Shown piece by piece: positions 49,963-60,725 of a stretch of DNA of 64,000 bases. Both the position numbers and the translations under genes were made by a program. The stretch is from contig JAQGDQ010002369.1 of the NCBI GenBank assembly GCA_030141605.1, forward strand, positions 682,001 through 746,000. The letters are read 5' to 3'. The notes beneath the pieces are model-generated. The model saw only the letters and a program-made list of their open reading frames with translations. It ran no database searches and was not told the DNA's origin. The stretch is from Tubiluchus corallicola (lineage: Eukaryota; Animalia; Priapulida). How positions within the stretch are numbered: the stretch's first letter is position 1; every line of letters starts with the position of its first letter.

Positions 49963-50064
49963 TTTCTTCTTCCTCTTTATTTTGAGCTCAGTTTATAGAG
50001 CTAATTTTCTATTAAGCATCTTGAAATGATCTATGAGTTGGTAAATGCTAGTCATTTTCTTCTC

Positions 50065-50525
50065 CTAAAATCCCAGTTCCCAACATTCAGGGCCGAACTC
50101 CTGCGGTACAGGCCAAGGTTCCATCAATATGGCTAAAACGATTCCAGCTACACAAAGAGTTGGCAGAATGATTCTTTTTAAAATACTTGAGGATGCTATT
50201 GCGATAACTCTTCCGATTTCTTTCCCAGTGAAAGTTCTACTTTTGATGATTGTTCTTATGATACTTACCTTTCCCTGCTCCAGGGCCTCGGGTAATTTTT
50301 GGAGTAAATATTGTCGATTTAAATTTGGATGAGCCAGAGTACCTTAATAGCACTGTTATTGTTCCTTTCAAAAGCCCGATCAATCATAAACCGAAATTCA
50401 GCTTCTCCTCTTCGAAGCATTGTCTTCCCAATGATTTCAGGAGCTTCTTCCCACGGTAACTGTGTCGGCAGAGCTATAGTTGCAAAAGCGGCTAATGAAC
50501 GTGGCTGAAATGTTTCTATTGCCAT
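50065..50525 (-). pseudogene. shortened paralog of the same family (frameshift near 50325)
   Basis: MAIETFQPRSLAAFATIAL; LPEALEQGKVSIIRTII; TM IILPTLCVAGIVLAILM. Confidence 0.6.
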
Positions 50526-50559
50526 TTTTTTTTCTTCTTCTCCTTGTTGATTTATTTTA

Positions 50560-50826
50560 TTTTGAGTCATTGCGTATCGATAGAACAAATTAGAGCCCAA
50601 CCTAAGATCGAGCAGGAATCTCATGAAATAGCCCGGATTCTATGATCGCTCGTACGGCACCTAATTGCCCTTTTCGAACTGCCCTTCTTAGTGCCAAACT
50701 CAAAGCACTTGCGGGGATCTGACTGTGTCCTGGAGGTATAGCGTCTTCCATTTGAGGACTAGGCAATGCGCCTAATGCCTGAGCTCTTAATGAAAGTGGT
50801 TGATGGTGAATTTCTGGTATTGCCAT
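50560..50826 (-). pseudogene. internally deleted paralog of the same family
   Basis: MAIPEIHHQPLSLRAQALGALPSP, one repeat (GQLGAVRAIIESGLFHEI), then tail remnant LFYRYAMTQNK. Confidence 0.65.
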
Positions 50827-51070
50827 TTTTCTTCTTCTCCCTCTGTTGAAATTGTCGCCAGTATAATGACGGATTGTAAAGCGATGGTTAAGGTTTTGTA
50901 AAGATTCTGTATATGGAGGTCGAATAATCTTCCTATCTCATTCTGGGTGAGAGGCTTGCTTTTGAAATTAAAAGTTGATTGAAAGGGGTGCCCTGAGAAG
51001 GGACTGTAAAAAATAATTTTTGAATGCCAGGGACCCGTAGCCATCCCAGAGATATTTGTAAAAGCTTAGT

Positions 51071-52028
51071 TTATTTAGAGTATAGATATCGGTTTGCCAG
51101 ATATGCTACAGATGCACTGCCAACAAGAACAAGAGGTATAGCATATCTTTTTGCAAGAGTTTTCGATACTGCTGGAGTTAATGAAGCAATGTCCGCTGCT
51201 CTTATTCCTTGACTCTTATAGGCTATTTGCATAGCCAATTTTCAATTGGCCTTCTTCGACTGCGTCTTCAATCGCGCAACGCAAAGAATTGTCTGGGATA
51301 TCCTTGAATCGATCGCTCTCAATGATAGACAATACAACATCCCACTGTCCTTTGGAGTGTGTAATAGCCAACACACATTCCAAATTCCATGCGGAAATAT
51401 CCTTCAATCGATCACTTTCAATGATAGACATTACAACATTCCACTGGCCTGCGTGACTTGCGCGTTTCAGCACATAACCCAAATCCGCAACTGGAATATC
51501 CTTCAATCGATCGCTTTCAATGATAAACATAGCAACATCCCAATGGCCTGCGCTTTCTGCGTTTCTCAACACATAACCCAAATTCGCAGCAGGAAGATCC
51601 TTCAATCGATCGCTTTCGATGATAGACATTACAACATCCCACTGGTCTGCGCGTCTTGCGCCATCCAGCACATAACATAAATAGGCTGGGATAATCTTGA
51701 GTGGATTATTTTCAATGATAGATTTTACGATCTTCCACCGGCCTGTATCGGTTGCTTTTTGTAACACTCTTAGTAAACAATTTCTGGGAGGTGCTAGACG
51801 ATCAGCATCAAATTCCGGAAGATCCATGAATATTTTTATGGCGTTTACATTCTCACTCTTAATTGCTTTATCGATATATCGTTCCAAAACGGGTGGCGAA
51901 AGAATCTGCCTTTCTAAGATAGAACGCATCCGTTCAATAAATTGAGGAGAAAGAGGTTCTTCAGCGTCGACAATTGCTTCACAACAGAGATGGGTTAGTG
52001 GAGGAACCTGTACTACGGGATTTGCCAT
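51071..52028 (-). CDS. BC-box plus 35-aa ankyrin-like repeat protein with C-terminal TM (frameshift near 51220)
   Basis: VPPLTHLCCEAI; repeats LGYVL..A...GQWDVVMSIIESDRLKDI; out-of-frame tail YAIPLVLVGSASVAYLANRYLYSK*. Confidence 0.75.
51245..51680 (-). repeat. 105-bp tandem repeat, about 4 copies
   Basis: TCCTTCAATCGATCGCTTTCAATGATA..ACAACATCCCACTG recurs every 105 bp. Confidence 0.85.
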
Positions 52029-52092
52029 TTTTATTTCTTAATTAAATTTGACAATATTATATTGGAATAATGCTAATTTCTTGTTAAGTATG

Positions 52093-52129
52093 ATAAATGA
52101 TATCTCCTTTTGAAGGAGATATCATTTAT
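52093..52129. other. perfect 17-bp-arm palindrome (terminator or operator)
   Basis: ATAAATGATATCTCCTT-TTG-AAGGAGATATCATTTAT. Confidence 0.75.
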
Positions 52130-52173
52130 TAATGGAGGATGAAGAAAAAGCCCTTGTTTCAGGGGATATTCGG

Positions 52174-53598
52174 TTACCAGAGCCCCAAAATCTTCCACCA
52201 GATTCCCCCGCTGATCAGCCAGACGAGGATATTGACGATACTGATCACAAAGCCTATCCCCCACCAGGCCCCGATGGAGACATAGCCTGCACCAAATAGG
52301 ATAGGAGCCGGGCCGCATCCGTAATGGGTAAGAGTTCCAAAAAGGGAACTGAAAAATCCCAAGACCAGTGCTGCAATCATAGGCGGTGTTCCCAGAGCTA
52401 TGGAGACGATCAGAAAGGGTGCATACATCGCACCTATGTGGGCTAAATTGCTGGCAAAAAAGTAATGGGTATAAAAGTAGAGTATGGCTAGGATTAAAAA
52501 TCCAACCATCCAACTGTATCCTTCCACATGACTTACAGCGAATTCGCTGAACCATTTCATCAGACCAAACTTATTGAGATAAGTTGCCATAGTGATCAGG
52601 GTTGCAAACCAGAACAGGGTGTTCCAGGCTCCCTTTTCTCCCAGAATATCTTTCCATTCCAGGACGCCCGTTAAGAGCAGCACAGAGAGTCCGATCAAAG
52701 CAGTGACTGTAGCGATCACGCCAATGTATGGACCGATGATCCAAAGAGCGATCAGCAGAATGAATGTTGCGAGCATGACCCATTCCTGGGATTTCATCCT
52801 TCCCATTTCCTTCAGCTTTTTCGTGGAGAGTTCTTTTGCGTGGGGAGTTTCTTTGATTTCCGGAGGATAAATTTTGTAGAGAATGTAGGGAACGATCAAA
52901 AGGCTCAAAAAGCCAGGGACGATCGCAGCGAGGGCCCAACCTCCCCAAGTGATACCCACATCGGAATTTCCGGCTAATTGTGCAACGAGAGGGTTCCCTG
53001 CCATTGAAGTGAGGAACATAGCTCCTATAATTCCAGAGCCCTGGAATACAACCTGTGTTAGATAGGCTCCCATTTTACGGCTGGAGGGATCGTTGGGTTC
53101 AGATCCAAATGCCTGTGCGAGCGATTTCATGATCGGGTAGATCACTCCCCCAATTCTTGCGGTGACACTAGGAATAGTAGGGGCCAGGACGAGATCAGCA
53201 GCGATCATCCCATAGCCCAGACCTAAAGTGGTCCTTCCTAAAAAACTAACAAAGAAGTAGGCGACGCGAGCTCCTAATCCCGTGCTAATGAATCCTCTCG
53301 CTATGAAAAAAGCGATGACAATGAGCCAGACAACTTTATTGCTAAATCCGCTGAAAGCCTGTTCAAATGTTAGAGTGTTGGTTACGATCGTTACAGTAAG
53401 GGATAATAGAGCAATAGCTCCCATGGGAAGCGGCTTTAAAATCACACCTAAAATCGTAGCGATGAAAATGGCTAGAAGATCCCATGCCTGTCTACTCACT
53501 CCTTCAGGTGCGGGAGCGAGCCATACCAGAAATCCTACGAGAATAATCAGAAGAAAATAGAATCCCTTTTTATTTTGCTTGATCAATTCCATATACAT
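52174..53598 (-). CDS. DASS family dicarboxylate transporter (CitT/YbhI-like)
   Basis: PLPMGAIA, TGLGAR, PSVTARIGG, MFLTSMAGNP, HYFFASNLAH, LTHYG.GPAP. Confidence 0.93.
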   Translation of the reverse strand: MYMELIKQNKKGFYFLLIILVGFLVWLAPAPEGVSRQAWDLLAIFIATILGVILKPLPMGAIALLSLTVTIVTNTLTFEQAFSGFSNKVVWLIVIAFFIARGFISTGLGARVAYFFVSFLGRTTLGLGYGMIAADLVLAPTIPSVTARIGGVIYPIMKSLAQAFGSEPNDPSSRKMGAYLTQVVFQGSGIIGAMFLTSMAGNPLVAQLAGNSDVGITWGGWALAAIVPGFLSLLIVPYILYKIYPPEIKETPHAKELSTKKLKEMGRMKSQEWVMLATFILLIALWIIGPYIGVIATVTALIGLSVLLLTGVLEWKDILGEKGAWNTLFWFATLITMATYLNKFGLMKWFSEFAVSHVEGYSWMVGFLILAILYFYTHYFFASNLAHIGAMYAPFLIVSIALGTPPMIAALVLGFFSSLFGTLTHYGCGPAPILFGAGYVSIGAWWGIGFVISIVNILVWLISGGIWWKILGLW

Positions 53599-53640
53599 CC
53601 TTAAAACTTGCGTAAAAAAATATACGAGCAGGGCTGATTA

Positions 53641-54480
53641 ATGTTTAGGAAGTTTTTCAATAAAATCGGAAAATCATGTGTTCTTGCTTCTTTTTTTCTG
53701 ATGTTCCATATGGAGGCTTTGGAGGGAGGAATGCAGCCAAGGCTTTTTAAGGAAGAAAGTCACTTTGTCCAGCCTTTGCTCGAGCTTTTAGAGCTCTGTC
53801 AGGTCGATCATGAGAACACTCTTAATTCGGTCGTAGCTGCAACGCAAAAAGCATGGCTGCAAAGAGGTAAAGAACGGTGGATGTTTGAAGATAGGTATAC
53901 GGATCAGAGTGACGCAATTCTAAATCTACTCAATGAGCTTCATGTTCTTGGTGAAGTATTGCCTGATGAAGAACATTATGATTATGTCTTTGTTCATGGG
54001 GGGCTTTATACTCGGGCAAAGGCGCGTTTTCAATATTTGTCGTACCTCTACAAAGCAGGGGTTAGGTTTGACCGGGTTGTAGTACTGTCGGGAGAAAGAG
54101 ACCTCGATCCCCTATTGGAGAAAAAAGCTCTGCCCGACTTGGATACGGAAATTGAAATGATGAGAAGAGTAGCGGACGAGGCAGACCTTCCTGACATTCC
54201 TATCGAATTTGTGTCTGCTTCAAAAAATGGAAAGAGAAGGCCTACGACAGCCGATACGGTGACTGAATGGCTAAAGACGAATCCAAAGGCTGGTAAGTGC
54301 CTTGCTATTTCCAATCAGCCTTTTATTGGATATCAAAATGCTGTTCTCAGAACCTTTCTTCCAGATGATTTCTCACTATGCACGGTGGGAGAAAAAGCAG
54401 ATGACGATGTTCCCCTATCAGTTCATCTCGATAACATAGCCCGATGGCTCTATCAGGAACGGGAAAATCGTTCACTTTGA
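53641..54480 (+). CDS. conserved hypothetical protein (DUF218/YdcF-like)
   Basis: YDYVFVHGG, LSGERDL, TE.EMM, RPTTADT, SNQPF, LDNIARWLY. Confidence 0.6.
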   Translation: MFRKFFNKIGKSCVLASFFLMFHMEALEGGMQPRLFKEESHFVQPLLELLELCQVDHENTLNSVVAATQKAWLQRGKERWMFEDRYTDQSDAILNLLNELHVLGEVLPDEEHYDYVFVHGGLYTRAKARFQYLSYLYKAGVRFDRVVVLSGERDLDPLLEKKALPDLDTEIEMMRRVADEADLPDIPIEFVSASKNGKRRPTTADTVTEWLKTNPKAGKCLAISNQPFIGYQNAVLRTFLPDDFSLCTVGEKADDDVPLSVHLDNIARWLYQERENRSL

Positions 54481-55578
54481 AATAATGCCCAAAGACTTCC
54501 AGACCTCTTTCAGTTGATCGAGGGGCCAGTTGGGCTCTTGTAGGATTTTGAGGTTGGCTTCCACATGTTTGGGAGTTTTCATTCCCACCATTGCGGCATT
54601 GATGTGAGGTGTGGACAGAACGAATTGCATCGCTCTTTGCATTTTAGACTCTTCTCCAGGCATAAGATCGAAAAGGCGCTGGGGGAGATTGAGGACCTGG
54701 GACTGCATCAAGGGAGCTGAGATCATTACGTCGATGTTGAATTCTTCGGCTGTATCGAGAATTGTCCATTCTTCATCCTCGATCCCCTGATTCTTTTGTT
54801 TGATTGCTTCGAGCATGACGAGGTTATAGGGAAGTTGGATCACTTTGAAGTGGTGGTTTTCCCCTGCGATATCCTTTGCGCACTCGATAAACTTAAAAAG
54901 ACGCAGAAGATTTCTGTTCTTGGGTTTTTGACGGAAGCCATACCAGGTAGCAACTCCATAACTTTTGATCTTTTTCTTTTCGACCATTGTCTCAAACAGG
55001 ACAAAGGCCTTCCGGACTCTCTCATCAAATTCTTTCTCGCCGATTTCAGGAAGCTGGGTCTCAGGATTGTGAAGGTAGTAAAGATCGATGCTGTCAATGT
55101 CGAGGTTCTTCAGGCTGGCTTCAATTTCCGATTCAAGAAAACGGGGGGTCATACAATGGCAGTCTTCGACAAGATCGCCATGCTGAAGGATGCCGGTTTC
55201 CCAATAGGCATGACGGACATAATTCTGATATTCTTCAGGATCATTATCGCCGGGGATAAATCCTCCCTTGGTAGAGATAACGATCTGATCACGTCCGATT
55301 CCCTTCTTTTCAAGCTCTTTTAAAGCTCGTCCAATGACGCGCTCGCTTCTTTGACAACGGTAATTGATCGCTGTATCAAGGAAATTGACTCCTCCGTCTA
55401 CAGCATCATAGATGGCATTTTCATAATGCTCATCGGTTACCTCGTCGCAATCTCCCAGATAAGTACCCATCGCAAAAGCAGAGATCGCTAAAGAATGAAG
55501 CGTTCTTTTCTTATCCGGATGAATCGAATGGGCCTTGAAAAACTTTTCCGTTCCTTCTTTTGTCGCTGAAAGGGCCAT
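54472..55578 (-). CDS. aldo/keto reductase
   Basis: FLDTAINY, SERVIG, ISTKGG, IDLYYLHNPE, IQLPYNL. Confidence 0.9.
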   Translation of the reverse strand: MALSATKEGTEKFFKAHSIHPDKKRTLHSLAISAFAMGTYLGDCDEVTDEHYENAIYDAVDGGVNFLDTAINYRCQRSERVIGRALKELEKKGIGRDQIVISTKGGFIPGDNDPEEYQNYVRHAYWETGILQHGDLVEDCHCMTPRFLESEIEASLKNLDIDSIDLYYLHNPETQLPEIGEKEFDERVRKAFVLFETMVEKKKIKSYGVATWYGFRQKPKNRNLLRLFKFIECAKDIAGENHHFKVIQLPYNLVMLEAIKQKNQGIEDEEWTILDTAEEFNIDVMISAPLMQSQVLNLPQRLFDLMPGEESKMQRAMQFVLSTPHINAAMVGMKTPKHVEANLKILQEPNWPLDQLKEVWKSLGIISK

Positions 55579-55678
55579 AAATTATAAAAACTCCTGAAAA
55601 ACAATGTAAAAGACACACGTTCAATCGACAAGAAAAAAAAGATTTGATTCAATGGACTTTTCCAGATTGTGAGGTTCG

Positions 55679-56671
55679 ATGTACCTTCCGAGTACTTTTA
55701 CTGCGGCGCTAATCTTTCTCTTTATTTCATTTATTTTATGGGGAGTTTGGCCTACTACCCTAAAATTTTCCAGAGGCAGGTTTGAATTTTTTTATTGGGA
55801 CTTCATCATCGCTGCATTCATCATTAGTATTTTTCTAGGTTGTACAATGGGAATCTGCGGTGAATACAATATTTCTTTTTGGAAAGAAGTTTTTCATGCC
55901 CATTTTAAACATGTCATCCGTGCTTTTGTAGCTGGTATCCTCTTTAACGTTTCGAATTTTCTGCTGATAGGCGCAGCAAGCGTCTGTGGTATAGCTTATG
56001 CATTTCTCGCCTGTTTTGGGTCCTCTCTAGTCGTCGATTCGGTTCTAAGGTTCATCATGGCCCCTGCAGTATCGCCTCTAGCGCTTATCTTTGGGAATAT
56101 CTTTTTGATCGTAGCCATTCTTCTTGCAACGCTTGTCTATCATAAGATTCCATCAAAAATGATGTTTTTTAAAAAAGGGGTTACAGTAGCTCTTCTTAGC
56201 GGGATTCTTTTAGGCCTCTTTTTTCCACTTTTGGCAAAAGACATGCATTTGGTCGGGATGAAGCATTTAAGCCCCTATGCCGCGATTATAGTTTTTACTC
56301 TCGGACTTGTTATCTCCAACTTCATCATCAACATCATCTTGATGAAAAAGCCACTCTTCGGACACCCTCTCGTCATTTCTGACTACTTTCGAATGCGCAT
56401 CTCTTCACATATTCCAGGATTGATTGGAGGAGTTATTTGGGGAGTGGGATTAAATTTCAGACTGATCGCTATGAACGTAACGACTCAAGTCATTGAATAC
56501 GGTTGTATAAGGGGAGCTCCTTTTCTGACCGTCCTGCTTGGGGTCTACCTCTGGAAAGAATTTCCAGACGAACGAGTTGTTAACAGGCTTGTGAAGCTCT
56601 TTCTTATCAGCTATTTCTTGGGCCTGCTTTTGGTCGGAGTTGATGAGTGGCTCCGCAATCTGCCTTACTGA
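55679..56671 (+). CDS. DMT superfamily transporter (GRP/ureide-permease-like)
   Basis: About 10 TM segments; WGVWP, RFEFFYWDF, GGVIWGVG, GVYLWKEF. Confidence 0.75.
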   Translation: MYLPSTFTAALIFLFISFILWGVWPTTLKFSRGRFEFFYWDFIIAAFIISIFLGCTMGICGEYNISFWKEVFHAHFKHVIRAFVAGILFNVSNFLLIGAASVCGIAYAFLACFGSSLVVDSVLRFIMAPAVSPLALIFGNIFLIVAILLATLVYHKIPSKMMFFKKGVTVALLSGILLGLFFPLLAKDMHLVGMKHLSPYAAIIVFTLGLVISNFIINIILMKKPLFGHPLVISDYFRMRISSHIPGLIGGVIWGVGLNFRLIAMNVTTQVIEYGCIRGAPFLTVLLGVYLWKEFPDERVVNRLVKLFLISYFLGLLLVGVDEWLRNLPY

Positions 56672-56731
56672 TGAAAACCAAAGACTTGTGGAATAACCTG
56701 CAAGCTAGTTATGAAAAAATAAAGGAATAAT

Positions 56732-57163
56732 ATGGCTAAGTCCAACGACAAACCCAAAAAGAAGAAAGCAGCTTCCAAAAAGAAGCTTGCTCATGATCTT
56801 GAGGAGCTCCAACAGGATTGGGAGGAAGCTTTAGATCATCATGACCTCGTCCATCACCCTACCTTTCTATACAAAATTGCAGAAGATATAAAACGTCTGA
56901 ATGATGATACGGTCCTATATGAAGAGATCCCAGCCCTGGGACCAACCATGGGCCTTATTCATCATCTATTAGCGACTCCGATGGGCGCTCCCTTTGTGTC
57001 AGATAAAACCTGGCTTGATGCCGCAATCGCCTACGAGTACCAGGACCCTTCTAAGTCCGATCTCGCCCATCTCATGGATGAATTCTGTGAATACATCAAG
57101 GAAGATGACAATCAAGTGACCAACCTTCTCGATCAGATGTTGAAAGAGTTGAAAAATAAATAA
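56732..57163 (+). CDS. hypothetical protein
   Basis: 143-aa ORF with RBS AAGGA and a Lys-rich N-terminus. Confidence 0.7.
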   Translation: MAKSNDKPKKKKAASKKKLAHDLEELQQDWEEALDHHDLVHHPTFLYKIAEDIKRLNDDTVLYEEIPALGPTMGLIHHLLATPMGAPFVSDKTWLDAAIAYEYQDPSKSDLAHLMDEFCEYIKEDDNQVTNLLDQMLKELKNK

Positions 57164-57165
57164 AA

Positions 57166-59901
57166 TCAGATTTTCAATTCCGCGAGAAGAAGATTGTCTT
57201 TCACGGGTTTGATCGTGAAGCCGAACTTTTTACACATCGCCTGCATTTGATGATTTTCTTCCAGGAGATAGGCTATGATGTGTTCAAGCTTTTCATTTTT
57301 GGCTATTTCCAGGATGAGGCGCATTAATTGAGCGCCGATTCCCTGATTTTGCCAAGTATCTTTCACGATTAAGGCAAATTGCGCATCTTTTGAGCCCCCT
57401 ATCTTGGTCAGTCTTCCAACCCCAAGGATTTCTTTTTTCACTCCTACCCCTTTTTCAACGACGAGAGCAATTTCCTTATCGTAATCATTGAAACAGATGC
57501 GACTTAATCTCTCATGAGCGATCAGTTCATCATAATGGAGCACTTTCAAATATCTTTGGCGTACGGTTTCTTGAGAAAGGTCTTTGTGAAACTGAAGTAA
57601 AAGATGTTCATCTTCTGGACGAATGGGACGGATCATGACCGGGCTTCCATCTTTGAGTTTCCATTCTTGGATATACTGAATCGGATACGGGCGGATAGCA
57701 GAATGGGACAATTCTTGTTCCGTTGAGTCTGGATCATGAAGGATGATCCTTGCATCGAGAGCAAGCAGCTTTTCGGGAGATGCTAACAAAGGGTTGATGT
57801 CGAATTCCTTGATCCATTTTTGTTCTACGATGAGCCTGGAAAAGCGCACAACAATTTGTTCCAATTTTGAAATGCTTATTGCTTCCCTTCCTCTGACTCC
57901 TTTGAGGGCTGTATAAATTTTCGTCTGCTCTATGACTCTTCTGGCAAGAGTCGAAGTCAGTGGAGGAAGACCCAAAGACCTGTCTTTGAATACCTCAACC
58001 AGTTGGCCTCCGGTTCCAAAAAGAAGAACAGGTCCGAACTCAACATCGATTGAAGAGCCTAGAATCAACTCATATCCATCGAGCTTGATCATCGGTTGAA
58101 CGGTGACACCCCGAAAGTGTTCTTCCCCTTCGATTCGCTTCACTGATTCATAAATGTCTCTATATGCAGCTTCAACAGCTTGTTGATTGTTCAGATTGAG
58201 TTTTACTCCTCCCACATCCGTCTTGTGGGTGATGGTCTTGGAATAAAGCTTTAAGACAATGGGATAACCCATTTTGTCAGCATGCAGTACCGCCTCTTCC
58301 ACAGTTGTTGCAATATGGGTAGGGACAACAGGAATATTATAGGCATGGAGAACCTGCTTCGATTCAAACTCATCGAGAAGAGTTCTTCCTTCTTTCAAAG
58401 CCCCATCGATGATCTTTTTCACAATATCATGCTTCTGAATCGCTTTTGCATCGAACTCTTCTTTCATCTCAGGAGTCTCATATATACCTTTGAGGTTGTA
58501 GCTGTATTTCCACATGTAGGCAAAAGACTTGCATGCATCATCTGGATATTCGAAAGTTGGGATTCCACTTTTACTAAGGATATCATCGCCAGCTTCGACA
58601 CTTTTTGCTCCCATCCAGCTTGCCAAGATTGGAACTCCTTCGATGTGGCCGAACTTTTCAATAGCAAGAGCACTCCGGGTTGGATCGGTCATGTCCTGAG
58701 GAGTCAGGATGACCAGAATTCCTTCTGCATTTTTATCCTCGGTAATGATCTCAACGGCTTTTCCATAAATTTCAGGGCTTGCATCTCCCAAGATGTCGAC
58801 AGGATTGTTTCGAGACCAGGGAGCAGGGAGAATTCGGTTCAATTCTTCAAAGGCTTTAGGAGAGAGTGTGGCAAGTTTTCCACCGTTTTCAATCAATGCG
58901 TCGGTCGCAATCACACCAGGGCCGCCTGCATTGGTTACAATGGTCAAATGAGGACCTTTTGGCTTGGGCTGTTTCGACAGGACTGTAGCCATGCTGAAGA
59001 GATCGGAAATTGAGCCTACTCTTAAGACTCCGACTCTGCGAAGTGCTGCATTGAATACTTCATCGCTTCCTGCTAATGCTCCGGTGTGGGACTCTGCGGC
59101 CTTTGCAGACTCTTCTGATCGCCCTGCCTTGATAAGGATGATCGGTTTCGTCAAGGAAACTTCTCTCGCGGCCGTGAGAAATGCCCTTGGATCTCCGATA
59201 CTTTCCATATAAATCAAAATACTCGAAGTATTGGGATCATTTCCAAAGTAGTGAATCAGGTCTCCCCAACCAACATCTATCATAGACCCTATAGAAACGA
59301 ACGAACTGAAACCGACTTTTTCCTTTAAGCTCCAATCGAGAACAGCAGTGCATAAAGCTCCTGACTGACTGATGAAGGCGAGGTTGCCCTCAAGGGCAAT
59401 ACCAGCAGCGGCGAATGTTGCATTTAGTCCTGTAATGGGGTTCATCACTCCCAAACAGTTGGGGCCGATGATTCTCATTTTTCCTTTTCTAGCATGGACC
59501 AGGATCTCTTCTTCCAGTCTGATGCCAGGCTCGCCCATTTCTTTGAATCCAGCTGAAATGATCACAGCAGTTGGTACTTCAGCCTCGACGCATTCGGCGA
59601 TCACGGAAGGAACAAATTTTGCAGGAGTAACTACGATGGCTAAATCTATTTTTTCAGGAATGTCTTTTACGGAAGGGTAGGCTTTGATTCCCATTACGCT
59701 GGGACGCTTGAGATTGACTGGAAAAACAATTCCTCCAAATGGAGAAGAAAGAAGGTTCCAAAGAACGGTCCTGCCGACACTCCCCTCCTTTTCCGTAGCG
59801 CCAATCACTGCTAAAGTTTTGGGATAGAAAATGGAATCGAGTTCCCCGTGCCTTTGATGTAGAATGTTTAAGGAAGGATCAAATGAATACCCTTCTTCCA
59901 T
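57166..59901 (-). CDS. pat: Pat/YfiQ-type acyl-CoA synthetase (NDP-forming) with C-terminal GNAT
   Basis: [46 protein letters not shown]; C-terminal IRPIRPED...QNQGIG. Confidence 0.9.
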   Translation of the reverse strand: MEEGYSFDPSLNILHQRHGELDSIFYPKTLAVIGATEKEGSVGRTVLWNLLSSPFGGIVFPVNLKRPSVMGIKAYPSVKDIPEKIDLAIVVTPAKFVPSVIAECVEAEVPTAVIISAGFKEMGEPGIRLEEEILVHARKGKMRIIGPNCLGVMNPITGLNATFAAAGIALEGNLAFISQSGALCTAVLDWSLKEKVGFSSFVSIGSMIDVGWGDLIHYFGNDPNTSSILIYMESIGDPRAFLTAAREVSLTKPIILIKAGRSEESAKAAESHTGALAGSDEVFNAALRRVGVLRVGSISDLFSMATVLSKQPKPKGPHLTIVTNAGGPGVIATDALIENGGKLATLSPKAFEELNRILPAPWSRNNPVDILGDASPEIYGKAVEIITEDKNAEGILVILTPQDMTDPTRSALAIEKFGHIEGVPILASWMGAKSVEAGDDILSKSGIPTFEYPDDACKSFAYMWKYSYNLKGIYETPEMKEEFDAKAIQKHDIVKKIIDGALKEGRTLLDEFESKQVLHAYNIPVVPTHIATTVEEAVLHADKMGYPIVLKLYSKTITHKTDVGGVKLNLNNQQAVEAAYRDIYESVKRIEGEEHFRGVTVQPMIKLDGYELILGSSIDVEFGPVLLFGTGGQLVEVFKDRSLGLPPLTSTLARRVIEQTKIYTALKGVRGREAISISKLEQIVVRFSRLIVEQKWIKEFDINPLLASPEKLLALDARIILHDPDSTEQELSHSAIRPYPIQYIQEWKLKDGSPVMIRPIRPEDEHLLLQFHKDLSQETVRQRYLKVLHYDELIAHERLSRICFNDYDKEIALVVEKGVGVKKEILGVGRLTKIGGSKDAQFALIVKDTWQNQGIGAQLMRLILEIAKNEKLEHIIAYLLEENHQMQAMCKKFGFTIKPVKDNLLLAELKI

Positions 59902-59930
59902 CGAAAGCCCCCTATACCCACTTAGTGGTA

Positions 59931-60548
59931 TTACTTTCGATTGTACCTCGAAGAAGAGCTGCTTTCAACCTTTGCTTTCATTTCATCTTCATAACGGTGC
60001 TTTTGATAGCCATTGACGATCAAACTAAGCAAAATAATCGCAATGGCGATCCCCAATCGAAAACGTGCCATAGGAGCATGAGTGACTTTTGTTTTTTCTT
60101 CTCTGTCCCAACTCGTTGTACCCCTGGTCTTCAATCGGGAGTAAGCGACGAGCATGGTGATGAGGTTGATGACGGGAATTCCCATCCCGATTCCCCGAAA
60201 CCATACTGAAAAAGCCCGATGGATTGCTTTTTCATAAGTTGGCTTGCCTCCCTTCACCGATTTGACTTTGGTCTTCAAGAGCCATTTCCCCGGGGTAGTT
60301 CCCCACTTGGAGAGGAGAAGCGCCTCGATGGGTATCCAAAATAAAAATTCCAATGGTATGAAAAATTGAAGCCTTTTCCAGTTGAGCTGCGGGAATAAAA
60401 AATAGCCTATTAAGGTCAAAAGTAGTGAAAAAAGAGCGTAATCGGTAAACCGGGCCAGGAAACGGACCCAGGGATTGACCTTTGAAGCATCCGCCTCAAA
60501 GGGATTAGCTCGGTCGATAATGATTTCAGAGGGTTCTAGAACATCCAT
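59931..60548 (-). CDS. RDD family membrane protein
   Basis: [24 protein letters not shown]. Confidence 0.85.
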   Translation of the reverse strand: MDVLEPSEIIIDRANPFEADASKVNPWVRFLARFTDYALFSLLLTLIGYFLFPQLNWKRLQFFIPLEFLFWIPIEALLLSKWGTTPGKWLLKTKVKSVKGGKPTYEKAIHRAFSVWFRGIGMGIPVINLITMLVAYSRLKTRGTTSWDREEKTKVTHAPMARFRLGIAIAIILLSLIVNGYQKHRYEDEMKAKVESSSSSRYNRK

Positions 60549-60725
60549 AACTAGTTATTTTACAAAAAAATTTTTATTTTTTTTACTAAATTAAACAAAA
60601 CGGAAGAATAAAACAAACTTATTTATGTTTTTTGTTTAATTAAACATTTTTTTTCGGTTGCAAATAGAGTAATCATCCTATATCTTAATGCATTATCAAA
60701 ATTCTGTTAACAAAGGATTTACAAA

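Noticed and set aside
58282-59013. Long antisense ORFs (this one, and others such as 45716..46315 and 54796..55323)
   Set aside because: They are shadows of well-supported genes on the opposite strand and show no motifs.
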